NCBI GenBank assembly: GCA_951406725.2
Contig: OX597836.1
Coordinates: 32,612,001 to 32,676,000 of the forward strand
Reading direction: 5' to 3'
Length of the DNA: 64,000 bases
Source: Octopus vulgaris
Taxonomy: Eukaryota
A program made the position numbers and the translations under genes. Below the pieces are notes generated by a model, which was given only the letters and a program-made list of their open reading frames with translations, ran no database searches and was not told the DNA's origin. This document shows positions 22,891-35,293 of this stretch, piece after piece; the stretch's first letter is position 1; the number at the start of each line of letters is the position of its first letter.

Positions 22891-23880
22891 TAGCCACAGC
22901 TATGATATTGGTTTTACGACCTGCTGAAAGTTAGCAACAAGATCAGGCAAAGACAGCTGTGACTATCTGATGACTGCATGCACCACCCTGAATTGGAAGC
23001 AGCCAAATCAGTCTGTCAAAAGCAAGGCTCATTCATGAATGTTGTTTGCAATTAATCATGCATTATCTCACAGCTTGAAGATTTCAGTGATACTCTTTTA
23101 CTTGTTTCAGTCATTTGACTGTGGCCATGCTGGAGCACTGCCTTTTAGTCGAGCAAATCGACTCCAGGACTTATTCTTTGTAAGCCTAGTACTTATTCTA
23201 TCGGTCTCTTTGCCGAGCCGCTAAGTTACAGGGATGTAAACACACCAGCATCAGTTGTCAAGCGATGTTGGGGAGGACAAACACAGACACACAAACATAT
23301 ACACACACATATATATATACATATATACGACGGGCTTCTTTCAGTTTCCACCTACCAAATCCACTCACAAGGCTTTGGTTGGCCCGAGGCTATAAAAGAA
23401 GACACTTACCCAAGATGCCATGCAGTGAGACTGAACCCGGAACCATGTGGTTTGTAAGCAAGCTACTTACCACTCCTATGCCTATATGATATGTTTGTTT
23501 ATTTTTAGAACAACATTGTAAGATAGGTGTGGGAAGCTGAATCTGAGCAGTTTAAACATGAAATATAGAATATTTGAGCTGGACATGACCAGTTTAATTG
23601 CTAAAGGGTTAAACAACAAACATACTATATGTGATTGGATTTGGTAGATGGAAACTGAAAGAAGCTCATCATATTGAGCAGAAAAAGAGTGGGTAGGAAT
23701 TTCATATGGTTTACCCAGGGTGGACTGTATTATTGCTATTATGCAAAAGTGTCATAAGTACTGTATGTTGTATCGATAATGCTTTTCTTATACAACTACT
23801 TCTTGTACATAATTCAAATTTATTCTGATTGTTAATACTTGAAAACACTAAGTTCACCTTACAGTATTACCAGATCTATA

Positions 23881-24250
23881 TGAGGTGGTATCAAAAGTTC
23901 CCAGACTAGTTCTGTAGTGCGCCAACAGATGGTAGCACACAGTTGCATGTGCAGTGAGAGCTAACGGTGACCTTTAGCACCTGTTGACTTCCATCGCTTC
24001 ACCAAGATGAAAATGCAGCTCACAGGTTGCTGTTTTAACACCATTGTTGAGATCCAGAGTCAATTGCAGAAGGTCCTTGACGCACTTATGGAAGACAACT
24101 TCCAGGCCGGATTCCAAAAGTGGGAGAAATCTTGGAACCGGTGTGTTGCTGTGCAAGGCGACTATTTTGAAGGATATGATGTTAAAACTTAGGTAAATAA
24201 GTTATGTTTATTAATCATAATTAGTCCGGGAACTTTTTGATACCACCTCA
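23881..24250 (+). mobile_element. Non-autonomous mariner deletion derivative (same family as 47942-48835)
   Basis: TIRs tgaggtggtatcaaaagttccc / gggaactttttgataccacctca, TA TSD; keeps the transposase C-terminus ...WNRCVAVQGDYFEG. Confidence 0.9.
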
Positions 24251-25017
24251 TATCACTGTTCTTCTCTCATTTTCTACATTGAGAATTGTCGCTTTTTAAA
24301 AAATTTATTTCCTCATACATAATGTATGTTTGTTGTTTAACCCTTTAGCAATTAAAGTGGCCATGTCCAGCTTGAATATTCTTAATCACACATACAGTAA
24401 TTTTTTTTATTATAAAGTGGTGTACATTTATTCTTGGTTTTTAGATTTTACTATTTTATTTCAAAATGAGGGAGCCTCAATTTTGTCACATTTCCTGGTA
24501 GAAATGTTTGAAAGCAAATGTTGTTTTGTGCGCCTTAAAAAATTTGCTTCTCAACCACATGGGTTTGGTTTGCACCTATGATGCAACACCATGTGCAAGT
24601 GTCTTCTGCTATAGCTTCAGGTCAACCAATATCTTAGAGTGGAATTCATTAGATGGTAACTGCTAGGAACATTGGAGTAAATGTGTGTATGTGTAGGTGT
24701 GTGTATGCATACACACATACATACAGATATACATGCATACCTATACATGTATAGGTATATATATGCATACCTATACACACACACACATATTCAAAGACAC
24801 ACACACATACACATACTTCTATGTGCACGCACACACACGCACACGACCTTCCAGTTTCTGTTTACCAAATCTACTCACAAGACTTTGGTCAGTATAGGGC
24901 TATAGTAGAAGACTATGGCTTAAGGTGCCATGGCTTAAGGTGCCATGTGAAGGGACTGAACCCAAAACCATGGGGTTTGGGAAGCAAACTACTTAACTTC
25001 ACATACATGCCTAATAC

Positions 25018-25062
<45 letters not shown>

Positions 25063-25362
25063 AGTTAAATATACAACCGAAAGAGCTACTAAATAGTTTC
25101 ATGCTATTATGATACTTGAACAGGCATACTTATAAAATATGCCATGTGTCTTAAAGCAATCTTTTCAGGCCTGAAAGATTGCTTTAAGATACAGGGCCTA
25201 TATATGTATATATTGTGTATTAGGCATTCCTGTTCAAGTATCATGAAAGCATGAAACTATTGGTAGCTCTTTCAGTTGTCTATTAAATTGATATTCATCT
25301 CTCACTGGATGGAGTATGGAGTACTTTTTTTTCTGTTGATTCTACCTCTGTTGGATCTTTAA

Positions 25363-25395
<33 letters not shown>

Positions 25396-25584
25396 CTCAA
25401 AGGTGTGTAAACATTAGTGAGAAATATGGAAAAAAATGTTATTAACCATGATTAAGATTTATCATAACCTGTTGTTTTTTAATGTTCTCTTAATTTTCCT
25501 AAAATGTTTCAAACCATTCCTGAAAAGCAAAGAAATTAATTAATAAAAATGAAAACAAGACGAATATATTAATGTAAATATATA

Positions 25585-25674
<90 letters not shown>

Positions 25675-25734
25675 CATATATATAATCAAAATTTGATTCT
25701 AGCTTCATCCTTTATCTTTTTACTCGTCTTTCAG

Positions 25735-25869
25735 CTTGCTCCATTTGGAGATGTGAGTGGACAAGATCTACCTCCAATGGAAATGCCTGAAGCAATGGAT
25801 TCTGATCGGGGAACACTTATGCCAGTGCCAAAAGGAATTCGGCCAATTCTCAGCAAACACAGAGTTGAA
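25735..25869 (+). CDS. OTOF: Otoferlin-like ferlin, internal exon
   Basis: ttcag|CTT...GAA|gtaaga; 135 nt, phase 0-0. LAPFGDVSGQDLPPMEMPEAMDSDRGTLMPVPKGIRPILSKHRVE matches the ferlin DLPP...DRG..MPVP.GIRP.LSK.RVE pattern. Confidence 0.95.
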
Positions 25870-26221
25870 GTAAGAAATCTGATCTCCTTCTCTTTTGGTT
25901 ATATCTCTACATCCTTCATCTCTCTTTTCTTTCCCTTCTTCCATTTTAACTTCCTCCTCTTCATCATCATCATCATCGTCATCATCATAATAATAATAAT
26001 AATTACCACCATCATTGTCCTCATCATCCCTGCCATCTTCATCTTCATCATCAACAGCAGCATGATCATCATCATCATCATTGTCGTCATCATCACCAGC
26101 AGCAGCAGCATCATATTTACCATCATCATCATCATTGATGTACTCACCATCAGCATGTGTATAATCACAACCACCACCACCTCCATCAATCATCATTATC
26201 ATCATCACCATCATCACCATT

Positions 26222-26256
<35 letters not shown>

Positions 26257-27240
26257 GTCTATTTTTCTATTCTTTCATTGATTAAATGAATCCTCTCCAA
26301 CACAACATACAATTTTTTTTAATCACCTGGTTATATTCCTTTCTCACCTCTTATATAAGGATTAAATTCCTATAGTCAATCTTCCTATCTTCTTCCCTGA
26401 TTATGCTTTTTCTTAATTTTTTGTATCCTTCCACATGAATCATCTGCCTCTTTTTCACCCATCTGTCCTCACCTTTATGCATTACATGTCCTTACCAGCT
26501 GTTGCTCTTGCATGCTTTAATTGATTCTTCTTATATCTAGTTTTTCTCTCAGCTCATCTTTACCTCATTGTTCATGCACAGTAACATTACAAATCCGATA
26601 GATCATAACCAATTCCTTTCATTCAAACCTTTACTATATTCTCTGCATTCAATACCCACATATATCTCACTATTGTATAGCATTGCAGTTTGAACTTCCA
26701 CATCAGGCATGGCTGTGTGGTAAGAAGCTTGCTACTCAACCACATGGTTCTGGATTCAGCCCCACTGTGTGGTGACTTTGGCAAGTGTCTTCTACTATAG
26801 CCTCGGGCCAACCAAAGCCTTGTGAGTGGATTTGGTAGATGGAAACTGAAAGAAGCTCATCATATATACAGGTTGCAGAAAAAGAGTGGGTAGGAATTTC
26901 ATATGGTTTACCCAGGGTGGACTGTATTATTGCTATTATGCAAAAGTGTCATAAGTCCAAAACGTTGCTTTTTCAGAAAACGTAAGAATAGTTTTACTAT
27001 TCCATAGCAAAACTGTTGTACTACACTGACAATTTTTGATATAATGGCATCTGAAACAGCTGGAGATACGATAGTTTGACCAAAAGAACCAGCTACTGTA
27101 AACAAAAATAAATACTGAAAACAACGCATTTGGCCAAATTTGGACATATGACAATTTAACATAATTGCAACGGTGTGTATAGAAAAGGAGCTGTGGGGTC
27201 AGTTAAAGGCCAGCAAGTTACCAAAGTTACCAATAAATAG

Positions 27241-27838
27241 CAGGTTGAGTAAAAAGTAAGCAACGTTTTGAACCATGAAGAATTTTTACTGAATTTTTAC
27301 AGTATTTTGAATTTTTTTAAACATCTTTTTGCAGTTGTCTGATAATAGAGACTTAGACTTGCCCAAATGCATCAATAAATTGACATTGATATGTATTTTT
27401 CACTGTTGTTACAATCATCAGAAATGGAATTGTCAAAGCGTGATAGTCAAGCAGTTTTGCTATTCAACATAAAAAAAGGATGAAAAGCAGCTGAAACTGC
27501 TCGCGATATCAATGAAATGTTTGGTGAGGAAATGACTAGTGAGTGGTCAGCTCAAAAATGGTTTAAACGATTTTGAAGTGGAGAGCTGAGCCTTGAAGTT
27601 CGTGAGCATAGTGGATGCCCATCTGTCATTGATGACGGTCAATTAAAGACCGTCATTGAGAAAAAGCCATGTAAAACTACTCGAGAACTGGCAAAAGAAC
27701 TTCAAGTTAGCCAGAAAGCTGCCTGCAACCATTTGCATGTGATCAGAAAATCAAAAGATGCTTAACAAATGGGTACCACACGATTTGAATGAAAATCAGA
27801 AAATGCACAGATATGCAATTTGCTCATCACTTCTTCTG
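27241..27838 (+). mobile_element. Mariner transposon 5' remnant (pseudogenised transposase)
   Basis: From ATG 27424: MELSK...KG*KAAETARDINEMFG...KWFKRF*SG.LSLE...SG.P...TTRELAKEL...KWVPHDL (HTH domain plus WVPHEL-type motif). Confidence 0.88.
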
Positions 27839-28260
27839 TCCCTCTTTACCTTTTATTGTCTCTATTCACTACTTCTGTCTCCTTTTACTCCTTACTGTCT
27901 TCTAGTGCCATTCATATCCTGCCTACCATTTCACTGCTTTGCCCAGTGGTTCTCAACCAGAGTCTATAGTCTTGGGGGTTCATATAAGATTTAGTTGTTA
28001 AAATTTATGCACAATAAACTGGTTATGCTTCTGCAGTACACAAAATATTTCAAGTTTTTTATACAATTCCTGATAATATTTAATTATAAAAATATAATAA
28101 GATTTTTTAAAAACTTTGAATGGTTCGGAGGATCCAGTAAAGTAAAATAGGACTCGTGGGGGATCCAAAGGGGTTGAGATCCATTGACATAGCACATCAT
28201 CTACGTCAACCATTTACCATTTCATTCCATTCCTTACTGTTTATTTACTTTCTTTTCCAG

Positions 28261-28422
28261 GTTCTTTTCTGGGGTGTGAGAGATCTCAAGAGGTTGCAAC
28301 TGACACATGTTGACCGGCCCCGTATTGATATAGAATGTGCCGGACATATCCTTCAATCTTCAGTTATTGCTAATGCAAAGAAAAACCCAAATTTCAGCAT
28401 TTTAGTTAAATTCTTCGATGTT
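28261..28422 (+). CDS. OTOF: Otoferlin-like ferlin, internal exon (C2DE domain)
   Basis: ttccag|GTT...GTT|gtaagt; 162 nt, phase 0-0. [54 protein letters not shown] carries the ferlin LFWG.RDLK and KKNPNF motifs. Confidence 0.96.
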
Positions 28423-28898
28423 GTAAGTGTTTTAGCAGAAATGCTCATTTATTTAAAACCTTTTATTAACCCTGTGTGCATAAGCAAAGCAGAGTTATTG
28501 TAATCAGTCTTCTTTGCTTGTCTGTCTGTCTGTGTGTTTGCAAAATTACTGGAAAACTGCTGAATGGATTTTCACCAAATTTGGCAGAAATACACAATGG
28601 GTGAGTGGCTCAAACTCATTAAATTTTGATTTGATTATCTTCAAAACTGGCAGACGTTTTTTTTTTTTTTGTTTTCTTTGTTACATATGCATAAATGATA
28701 AGCAGTGGAAATAACTCTTGATGTCGTTTTGTTGAAATAAGAATTCGTCTGAGAATACATTTATTAAATCAATTTTTTTATCATTGTGTGTGTGCAGGAT
28801 ATGCATTGGCCTTCCAATGCCTATTTTTTTCATTTCTAAATGTCTTTACATCAGTTCTGTATGTGTGTTTCTACATTTCTTATATACACACAGTATGT

Positions 28899-28929
<31 letters not shown>

Positions 28930-29007
28930 CATATATAAACCTACACAGTAGATATACAAATAGGCAAAATTTAACTTATTTCTCCATAGATTGTAAAAAA
29001 AATTACG

Positions 29008-29400
29008 TGGATGTGTGGTAAGTAGCTTGTTTATGAACCACATGGTTCTGGGTTCAGTCCCACTGCGTGGCACCTTGGGCAAGTGTCTTCTACTATAGCC
29101 TTGGGCTGACCAAAGCCTTGTGAGTGGATTTGGTAGATGGAAACTGAAAGAAGTCCGTTGTATATATGTATATATATATATGTGTGTGTATGTTTGTATA
29201 TCTGTTTGTCCCCCCAACATCGCTTGACAACCGATGCTGGTGTGCTTACATCCCCGTAACTTAACGGTTCGGCAAAAGGGACCAATAGAATAAGTACTAG
29301 GCTTACAAAGAATAAGTCCTGGGGTCGATTTGCTCGACTACAGGTGGTGCTCCAGCATGGCCACAGTCAAATGACTGAAACAAGTAAAAGAGTAAAGAGT
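29008..29400 (+). mobile_element. tRNA-derived SINE family B, full-length copy
   Basis: Aligns over its whole length with 1889-2290. Confidence 0.85.
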
Positions 29401-30208
29401 TAATCAATCTTCTAACCTTAAGAAGACCCCGTACTCTGCAGCAGAAGTGTTAAGACTGATTCTTCTGGTGGTGTAAAACACTCATTGCAGTGTCATGTAA
29501 AAGTGCCAATGTGGTGCTACATAAAAGCACCTGTGCAGTTCCATGTAAAAGCGTCCATGTGACACCATGTAGAAGCGTCCAGCTCACTCTATAAAGTGGT
29601 TGGGATTTAGAAGTGCATCATCAAGTCATAGAAACCATGCCAAATCAGATTAGAGTCTGGTGCAGCTCTCCAGCTTGCAAGCTATGGTCAAACAGTTCAA
29701 CCCATGCCAGCATGAACAATAGATGTTAAATGATGATGATGATGATGATGATTGGATTCTCATCAGGGACGTCTACATCACTTGACCCATCCAAAAAAAA
29801 AAACAAAGAAAAAAGTTTACTGAAAAAAAAGCCCACCATGTGTGTGTGTGTGTGTATGCATGTATGTATGCATGTATGTATGCATATATGTATATATATA
29901 TATATATGTATATGTAATGTATGTATGTACGAGGGTGTGCTGAAAAGTTTCTGGCTTTGGGGAAAAGAAACTACAAGAGCATCAGTTAATTATGATTTTA
30001 TTCAACATATTCCCTTCTCAGATTCACAGACTTATTGCAGTGATCCTTCAGTTTTTGCTAGGCCCTATAAAAAGAACTCAGAAGGTTGGGTCTTTAACCA
30101 GGCCTTTTGTGATACCCTTAAAGCCAGAAACTTTTCAACACCCCCGTCATATGTGTTTGCATTATGGTTATCTATAATTCATTCATATTTACACTCTCTC
30201 ACATCTAG

Positions 30209-30380
30209 GAATTACCAGAAAATGAACTTTACTGTCCACCAATCACTATACGCTGCGTGGACTGCCGCAGTTTTGGGAGATTTGTACTAGTTGGGAGTCA
30301 TATAATCAAATCTTTATCCAAATTTATGTACGTTCCTACGACTAAAAGAGCAAAAGATGCTTTGAAAAAGCTGTTTCCCG
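30209..30380 (+). CDS. OTOF: Otoferlin-like ferlin, internal exon (C2DE domain)
   Basis: ctag|GAA...CCCG|gtaagt; 172 nt, phase 0-1. ELPENELYCPPITIRCVDCRSFGRFVLVGSHIIKSLSKFMYVP... matches the ferlin LPENEL..PP..IR.VDCR.FGR..LVGSH pattern. Confidence 0.96.
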
Positions 30381-31951
30381 GTAAGTTTTATGAATTTTTT
30401 TGCTTCTTTATGATACCATTCCTTCCCCTGCTATCATAGATCCCACCAGTACAACCCAATGTTTAGCACACCTACCATTTTCTTTGGTCAGGCATATGTA
30501 GTTTCTTCAAGAAGAGGCATCTCAGAAGTTTCTGTAGTGTATCTGCCCAGCTTAACACAAAACTTTACTGTACAGTGAGCTTCCAAATTGCCTTCCCATC
30601 TCAACTGCATTTTGCAGACCAGCCAACCATGACAAGCAGTGTTTAGTGGGGTGTGTTCAAAGTTCTGTTACAGCTATCTCCTTCAGTCTGCCAGCTTTTG
30701 TCAAACCTTCCAACCCATGCCAGCATGGAAAATAGACATTAAATGATGATGATGTGGTGGGATGGGGGGAATCACAAGGTCAGAAGGGCTTGATTCCACT
30801 GCATGCATAGTTAGCCTTGTGAGCTGATTTGGTAGACAGAAACTGAAAGAAGCCTGTCCTATATCTGTGTGAGTATGTATTTGTGTGTCTGAGTTTGTCC
30901 CCCCACCATCGATTGAAACCAATGTTGGTGTACCTACGTCCCTGTAACTTAGCAGTTTGGCTAAAGAGACTGATAGAAAAAGTACTAGGCTTACAAGGAG
31001 TAAGTCCTTGGGTTGATTTGTTCGACTAAAGGCGGTGCTCCAGCATGGCCGCAGTCAAATGACTAAAACAAGTAAAAGAAACGGTAGTTAAAATATTCTT
31101 TAAATCCAGTTCGTTATCTTCAGTTTCACTATAGTCAAGGTCGCATACTTCATTTGTCCTTCCATCCATCCATCCATCTTCTCTACCCACTATTTCTGGG
31201 AGGGCTGTGAAGGTAGAGTCCTCAGGCACTTCATCCAAAAAGGTCCCAGAAGCAGCTGTCATCACACTTTCTGGCTCGATTCCCAAGTGGGACCAACTGA
31301 GACTACAGATATTATCCCACCATCTCTTTCTTGGTCTTCCCTCAGGTCTCCTGCTGGTTTCATTTAACTTAGAGAATCCATTTTGTGATTCCTTCTCTAC
31401 AGATAGCGAAAGAATCATAAGATGGATTTCTTAAACTTCAGAATAAGAAAATATATCTTATCTTTAACTGCAAAATTATTTTACAATCAGTTTATATATT
31501 TCCTTCCTTAAATGAAATTATTGCAAAACTAATTTGGTGTCATCGTTATCATCATCATCATCATCATCATCATTGTTTACCGTCCATCTTCCATGCATGG
31601 GTAGGACGGTTGACAGGAACCAGGTAGATAGAAGATTACCCCAGGTTATTGTGTCTGTTTTGGCAGGGATTTTTATTGCCGGATGCCCTTCCTACTGCCA
31701 ATAACTCTGCAGAATGGAATCAGTGCTTTTTACATGGCACCAGCACAGGCGAGGTCAGTTTTGACATGACTCTTATAGCTGGGTGCCCTTCCAAATGCCA
31801 ACCACTTTACAGTGTGGACTGGAATCTTTTTTGGTTTATTAAATAATTTCTTGCATTATTTAAAACAAAATCTTTTGTTGATTTTTATTTTATTTTTTTA
31901 CTTAACTAACTTTATTTTTTTTTTTTTTTCCATTTTGTTTTGTCTTCGTAG

Positions 31952-32073
31952 GAAGAGATCTTGATGCTCCTAAAGTTGTTTCGGAATATTCCCAAAAATC
32001 TGAAGATGTTGCTATTAACATTGATGAAAAACAGCCCCTTATTTCCAGAGACCAAATGATCACTATTGATGCT
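31952..32073 (+). CDS. OTOF: Otoferlin-like ferlin, internal exon (linker)
   Basis: Strong polypyrimidine tract, cgtag|GA...GCT|gtaagt; 122 nt, phase 1-0, which bridges the neighbouring exons exactly. (G)RDLDAPKVVSEYSQKSEDVAINIDEKQPLISRDQMITIDA. Confidence 0.88.
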
Positions 32074-32748
32074 GTAAGTATGTGGGTTCAAACCCTCAGT
32101 TTTCTATGTCTAAACCTCTGAGATGACTTGCTCTTAGCAATGTTATAATTGTTCATATTCAAAGCATATTCTTTTTATCAAACAGATTATTGGATGTTGT
32201 TATAGCTCACTGGTCACAATGCATTTCCTCGCATTATTGTAACTTTTGAATGATGCCACCCAACACTGACTATGCAGGCAGGTCAACAATCCCCCTGAAT
32301 GGAAAGCCAGTCTATTGGAGGGTGACCCATTTACAGCTGAGTGGACTGGAGTAATGTGAAATGAAGTGTTTTATTCAAGAACACAATGCATTGCCCAGTC
32401 CAGGAATCGAAACCATGATCTTGTGCATCACCCTAGTTTCTAGGCTACAGGTCTATACATATCTAAAAAACACCCATGCCAGTGTTGTGTAAATGCACCC
32501 GTGTCTGTGCTGTATAAACACACTTGTGCTGGTGGTAAGTGAAAGGTACCCAGCACACACTGATAAGTGGTTGGCATTAGGAAGGGCATCCAACTATAGA
32601 AACCATGCCACAACAGACAACTAGAGTGTGTGTGTGTATGCATGTACGCATGTGTGTGTGTCTGTGTATGTATGTATGTATGTATCAAATCAATAACATA
32701 AGACAATATTAAATACAAAAAAAATTCTAAGGAACAATCACAGTTGAT

Positions 32749-33091
32749 ACAGTTCTATATTTAAGAGATGAGGAATTATGTACATTGTTTACATTCGACG
32801 GATATTTGTCTTCATCTTGTTTGTTGTTAACACAATGTTTCAGCTGATGTACCCTCCAGCCTTCATCAGGTGTCTTGGGGAAATTTCGAACCTGGGTTCT
32901 CATTCCTAAGGTATTCTTTGATGTTATTATTATTGTTGTTAGTGTTCAGGTCATTGTTTGGAATCGAACTTGGAATCTTGAAGTTAGTAGCATGTGCTCT
33001 TAGCCACTATGCCATATGCCCTTAATATGCTCTTAACCACTACACCAAACAAGATGAGGACAAATATCCGTCGAATATAAATAATGTAAAT
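32749..33091 (-). mobile_element. Hammerhead-bearing tRNA-headed SINE-like element, insertion 2 (13-bp TSD)
   Basis: TSD aatcacagttgat (32736-32748 / 33092-33104); A box 33004-33014 and B box 32960-32969 on the - strand; hammerhead core 32829-32874. Confidence 0.8.
32829..32874 (-). ncRNA. Minimal type-I hammerhead ribozyme motif (CpG-decayed)
   Basis: GACAC CTGATGA A GGCTG gagggtacat CAGCT GAAA CA TT GTGTT. Confidence 0.55.
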
Positions 33092-33545
33092 AATCACAGT
33101 TGATGTTCTTAAGTTGATATTCAAAGACAGGAAGAAGTTATTAAGGGAAAGTTGTAGCGTAAAAGTATAATGTTTTGGATGTGGTCCTTTGTTGGATACA
33201 CATGGGAAAGTCCGGAGAAGAGAAGGATAGGAGGAAAGGAGATCCAGAAAAAAGCAGAAGGAGAGAGAGAGAGAAAGGGAGCAAAAGAAAAAACAACACA
33301 TGGGAAATGCAAGGGAAGCTTTGAAAGGAACAAACCTCATCTGACCTGACCTCTTTTGTTTACTGGTTTTTATAATCCTAAAGGGATTTTTTAATTACCA
33401 TGTATCCAAGGGTTAATTCAAATTGATCATACTTCTGGCCTTACTAGAGTACAATTAATGAAAAGAAATCAATAATTCTATATACTCGTTGCTAATCATG
33501 TCGTTTAATGTCTGTGATTTTGATATTTTCGCTTCTACTTGACAG

Positions 33546-33677
33546 ATGGACAGAAAAGAACAGAAAACAGCAGAGAACAAAAGACGGCGCAAAGCTGGTA
33601 TCGATGAAGAAGAACCAGACTTGGAAAGCTTAGATTGGTGGAGCAAGTATTTTGCTTCAGTGGAAACTATGATAAGG
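33546..33677 (+). CDS. OTOF: Otoferlin-like ferlin, internal exon (LDWWSKYFAS motif)
   Basis: gacag|ATG...AGG|gtaaga; 132 nt, phase 0-0. MDRKEQKTAENKRRRKAGIDEEEPDLESLDWWSKYFASVETMIR; DWWSKYFAS is a ferlin hallmark. Confidence 0.95.
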
Positions 33678-33806
33678 GTAAGAGTCGCATTTTAGCTCTA
33701 GCAACAACAAAGAATTTTGCCGCTTATCTTTCAAAGTGATTTTGTTCATTGATTTTCTTTTTTCATAATAATAATAATAATAATAATAATAATCATAATC
33801 ATTATG

Positions 33807-33847
<41 letters not shown>

Positions 33848-35073
33848 CATTAGCAGTTATCAGCTTTTTCAAATTGTCTTGGCTTCTTTCTTTAGAAGTT
33901 TTTCTAGCATGTGTATCTGTTAAAATTTTTTTTTTTTTTTATCTGATCTGCAAAAGCTAAAACAGAAATTAAGAAGAAAATAAATAAATCTTGGTTTCAA
34001 GCAAATTATAAAACTTCTCTTTTTTTATATATATTTTTTCTCCTTATTCTTTCTTTTAGCAATATTCTTCCTTATCCCTTAATCTCCAGAATGGAGATTA
34101 TCCATAATGATGCAGATGGATGGTGTTTTAGGTTTTCTTCTATAACTGTGTGGTCAACAGTTTGCTCCCCCAACCACATGGTTCTGGTTTCAGTCCTACT
34201 GCATGGCAACTTGGGCAAGAGACTTCTGCTATAGCCCCAGGCTGAACAAAGCCTTGTGAGTGGATTTGCAAGACAGAACTGAAAGAAGCCCATCATGTGT
34301 GTGTGTGTGCTTGTGTTTATCTTCCCTCCATCACTTTGACATAAGTACTAGGGTTGATTTATTTGACTAAACACTTCAAGGTAGTGCCCCAACATGGCCA
34401 CATTTCTGAATGACTGAAATAAGTAAAAGATAAATGATAAAGAACCCTTTGACTGCAAAATGAAATTTCATGATTGTTCCAGTGATGATGTTCAATATCT
34501 ACCAGCAAATAGAATTGGTATTTCCTGCAAGTCATGTGAAGCTGCCTCAATAAACTTGATATAACAGAAAATAGTTTCAAGCAGAGGTGCAGGCTGTGTG
34601 GTAAGTAGCGTGCTTACCAACGACATGGTTCTGGGTTCAGTCCCACTGCATGGCACCTTGGGCAAGTGTCTTCTACTATAGCATTGGGCCTGCCAAAACC
34701 TTGTGAGTGGATTTGGTTGATGGAAACTGAAAGAAGCCTGTCGTATATGTGTGTGTGTGTGTGTGCTTGTGTGTCTGTTGGTCCCCCCACCATCACTTGA
34801 AACCTGTCATATATATATACATATATATATATATTTCTCTGTGTGTGTTTGTCCCCCCAACATTGCTTGACAACTGATGCTGGTGTGTTTACATCCCCGT
34901 AACTTAGTGGTTTGGCAAAAGAGACCAATAGAATAAGTACTAGGCTTACAAGGAATAAGTCCTGGGGTCAGTTTGTGTGACTAAAGGCAGTGGTCCAGCA
35001 TGGCCGCAGTCAAATTACTGAAACCAGTAAAAGAGTGAAAGAATATGACATTCCTCAACAAAAGATAGGTTAA

Positions 35074-35293
35074 CCCTTTTGATACCAACCCAGCTGAAAC
35101 CACCTCTGGCTCTGTAGTACAAATGTCTTGTTTTCAAAAGTTCTGAATTAAAATCTTCCACCAAACCTTAGTCACAATTTGCTTCTAACACTAGCTTAAT
35201 GATAACTAAGTTATTTTACTAAATTGTTTGTTATATTTGAAATTAATTGAAAGAAATACAGAGCATTTGAACAGAAGTATGGTAACAAAAGGG
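35074..35293. mobile_element. piggyBac-type MITE (TTAA TSD)
   Basis: ttaa|cccttttgatacc...ggtaacaaaaggg|ttaa. Confidence 0.8.

Noticed and set aside
25588-26289. 233-aa ORF with hydrophobic and His-rich tail
   Set aside because: Only 25735-25869 is exon; the rest is (TA)n and (CAT)n microsatellite read-through.
32945-33021. tRNA-like sequence as a genuine tRNA gene
   Set aside because: Stems are imperfect and the sequence is embedded in a TSD-bounded repeat; treated as a SINE head, like the other A/B-box sequences in the window.
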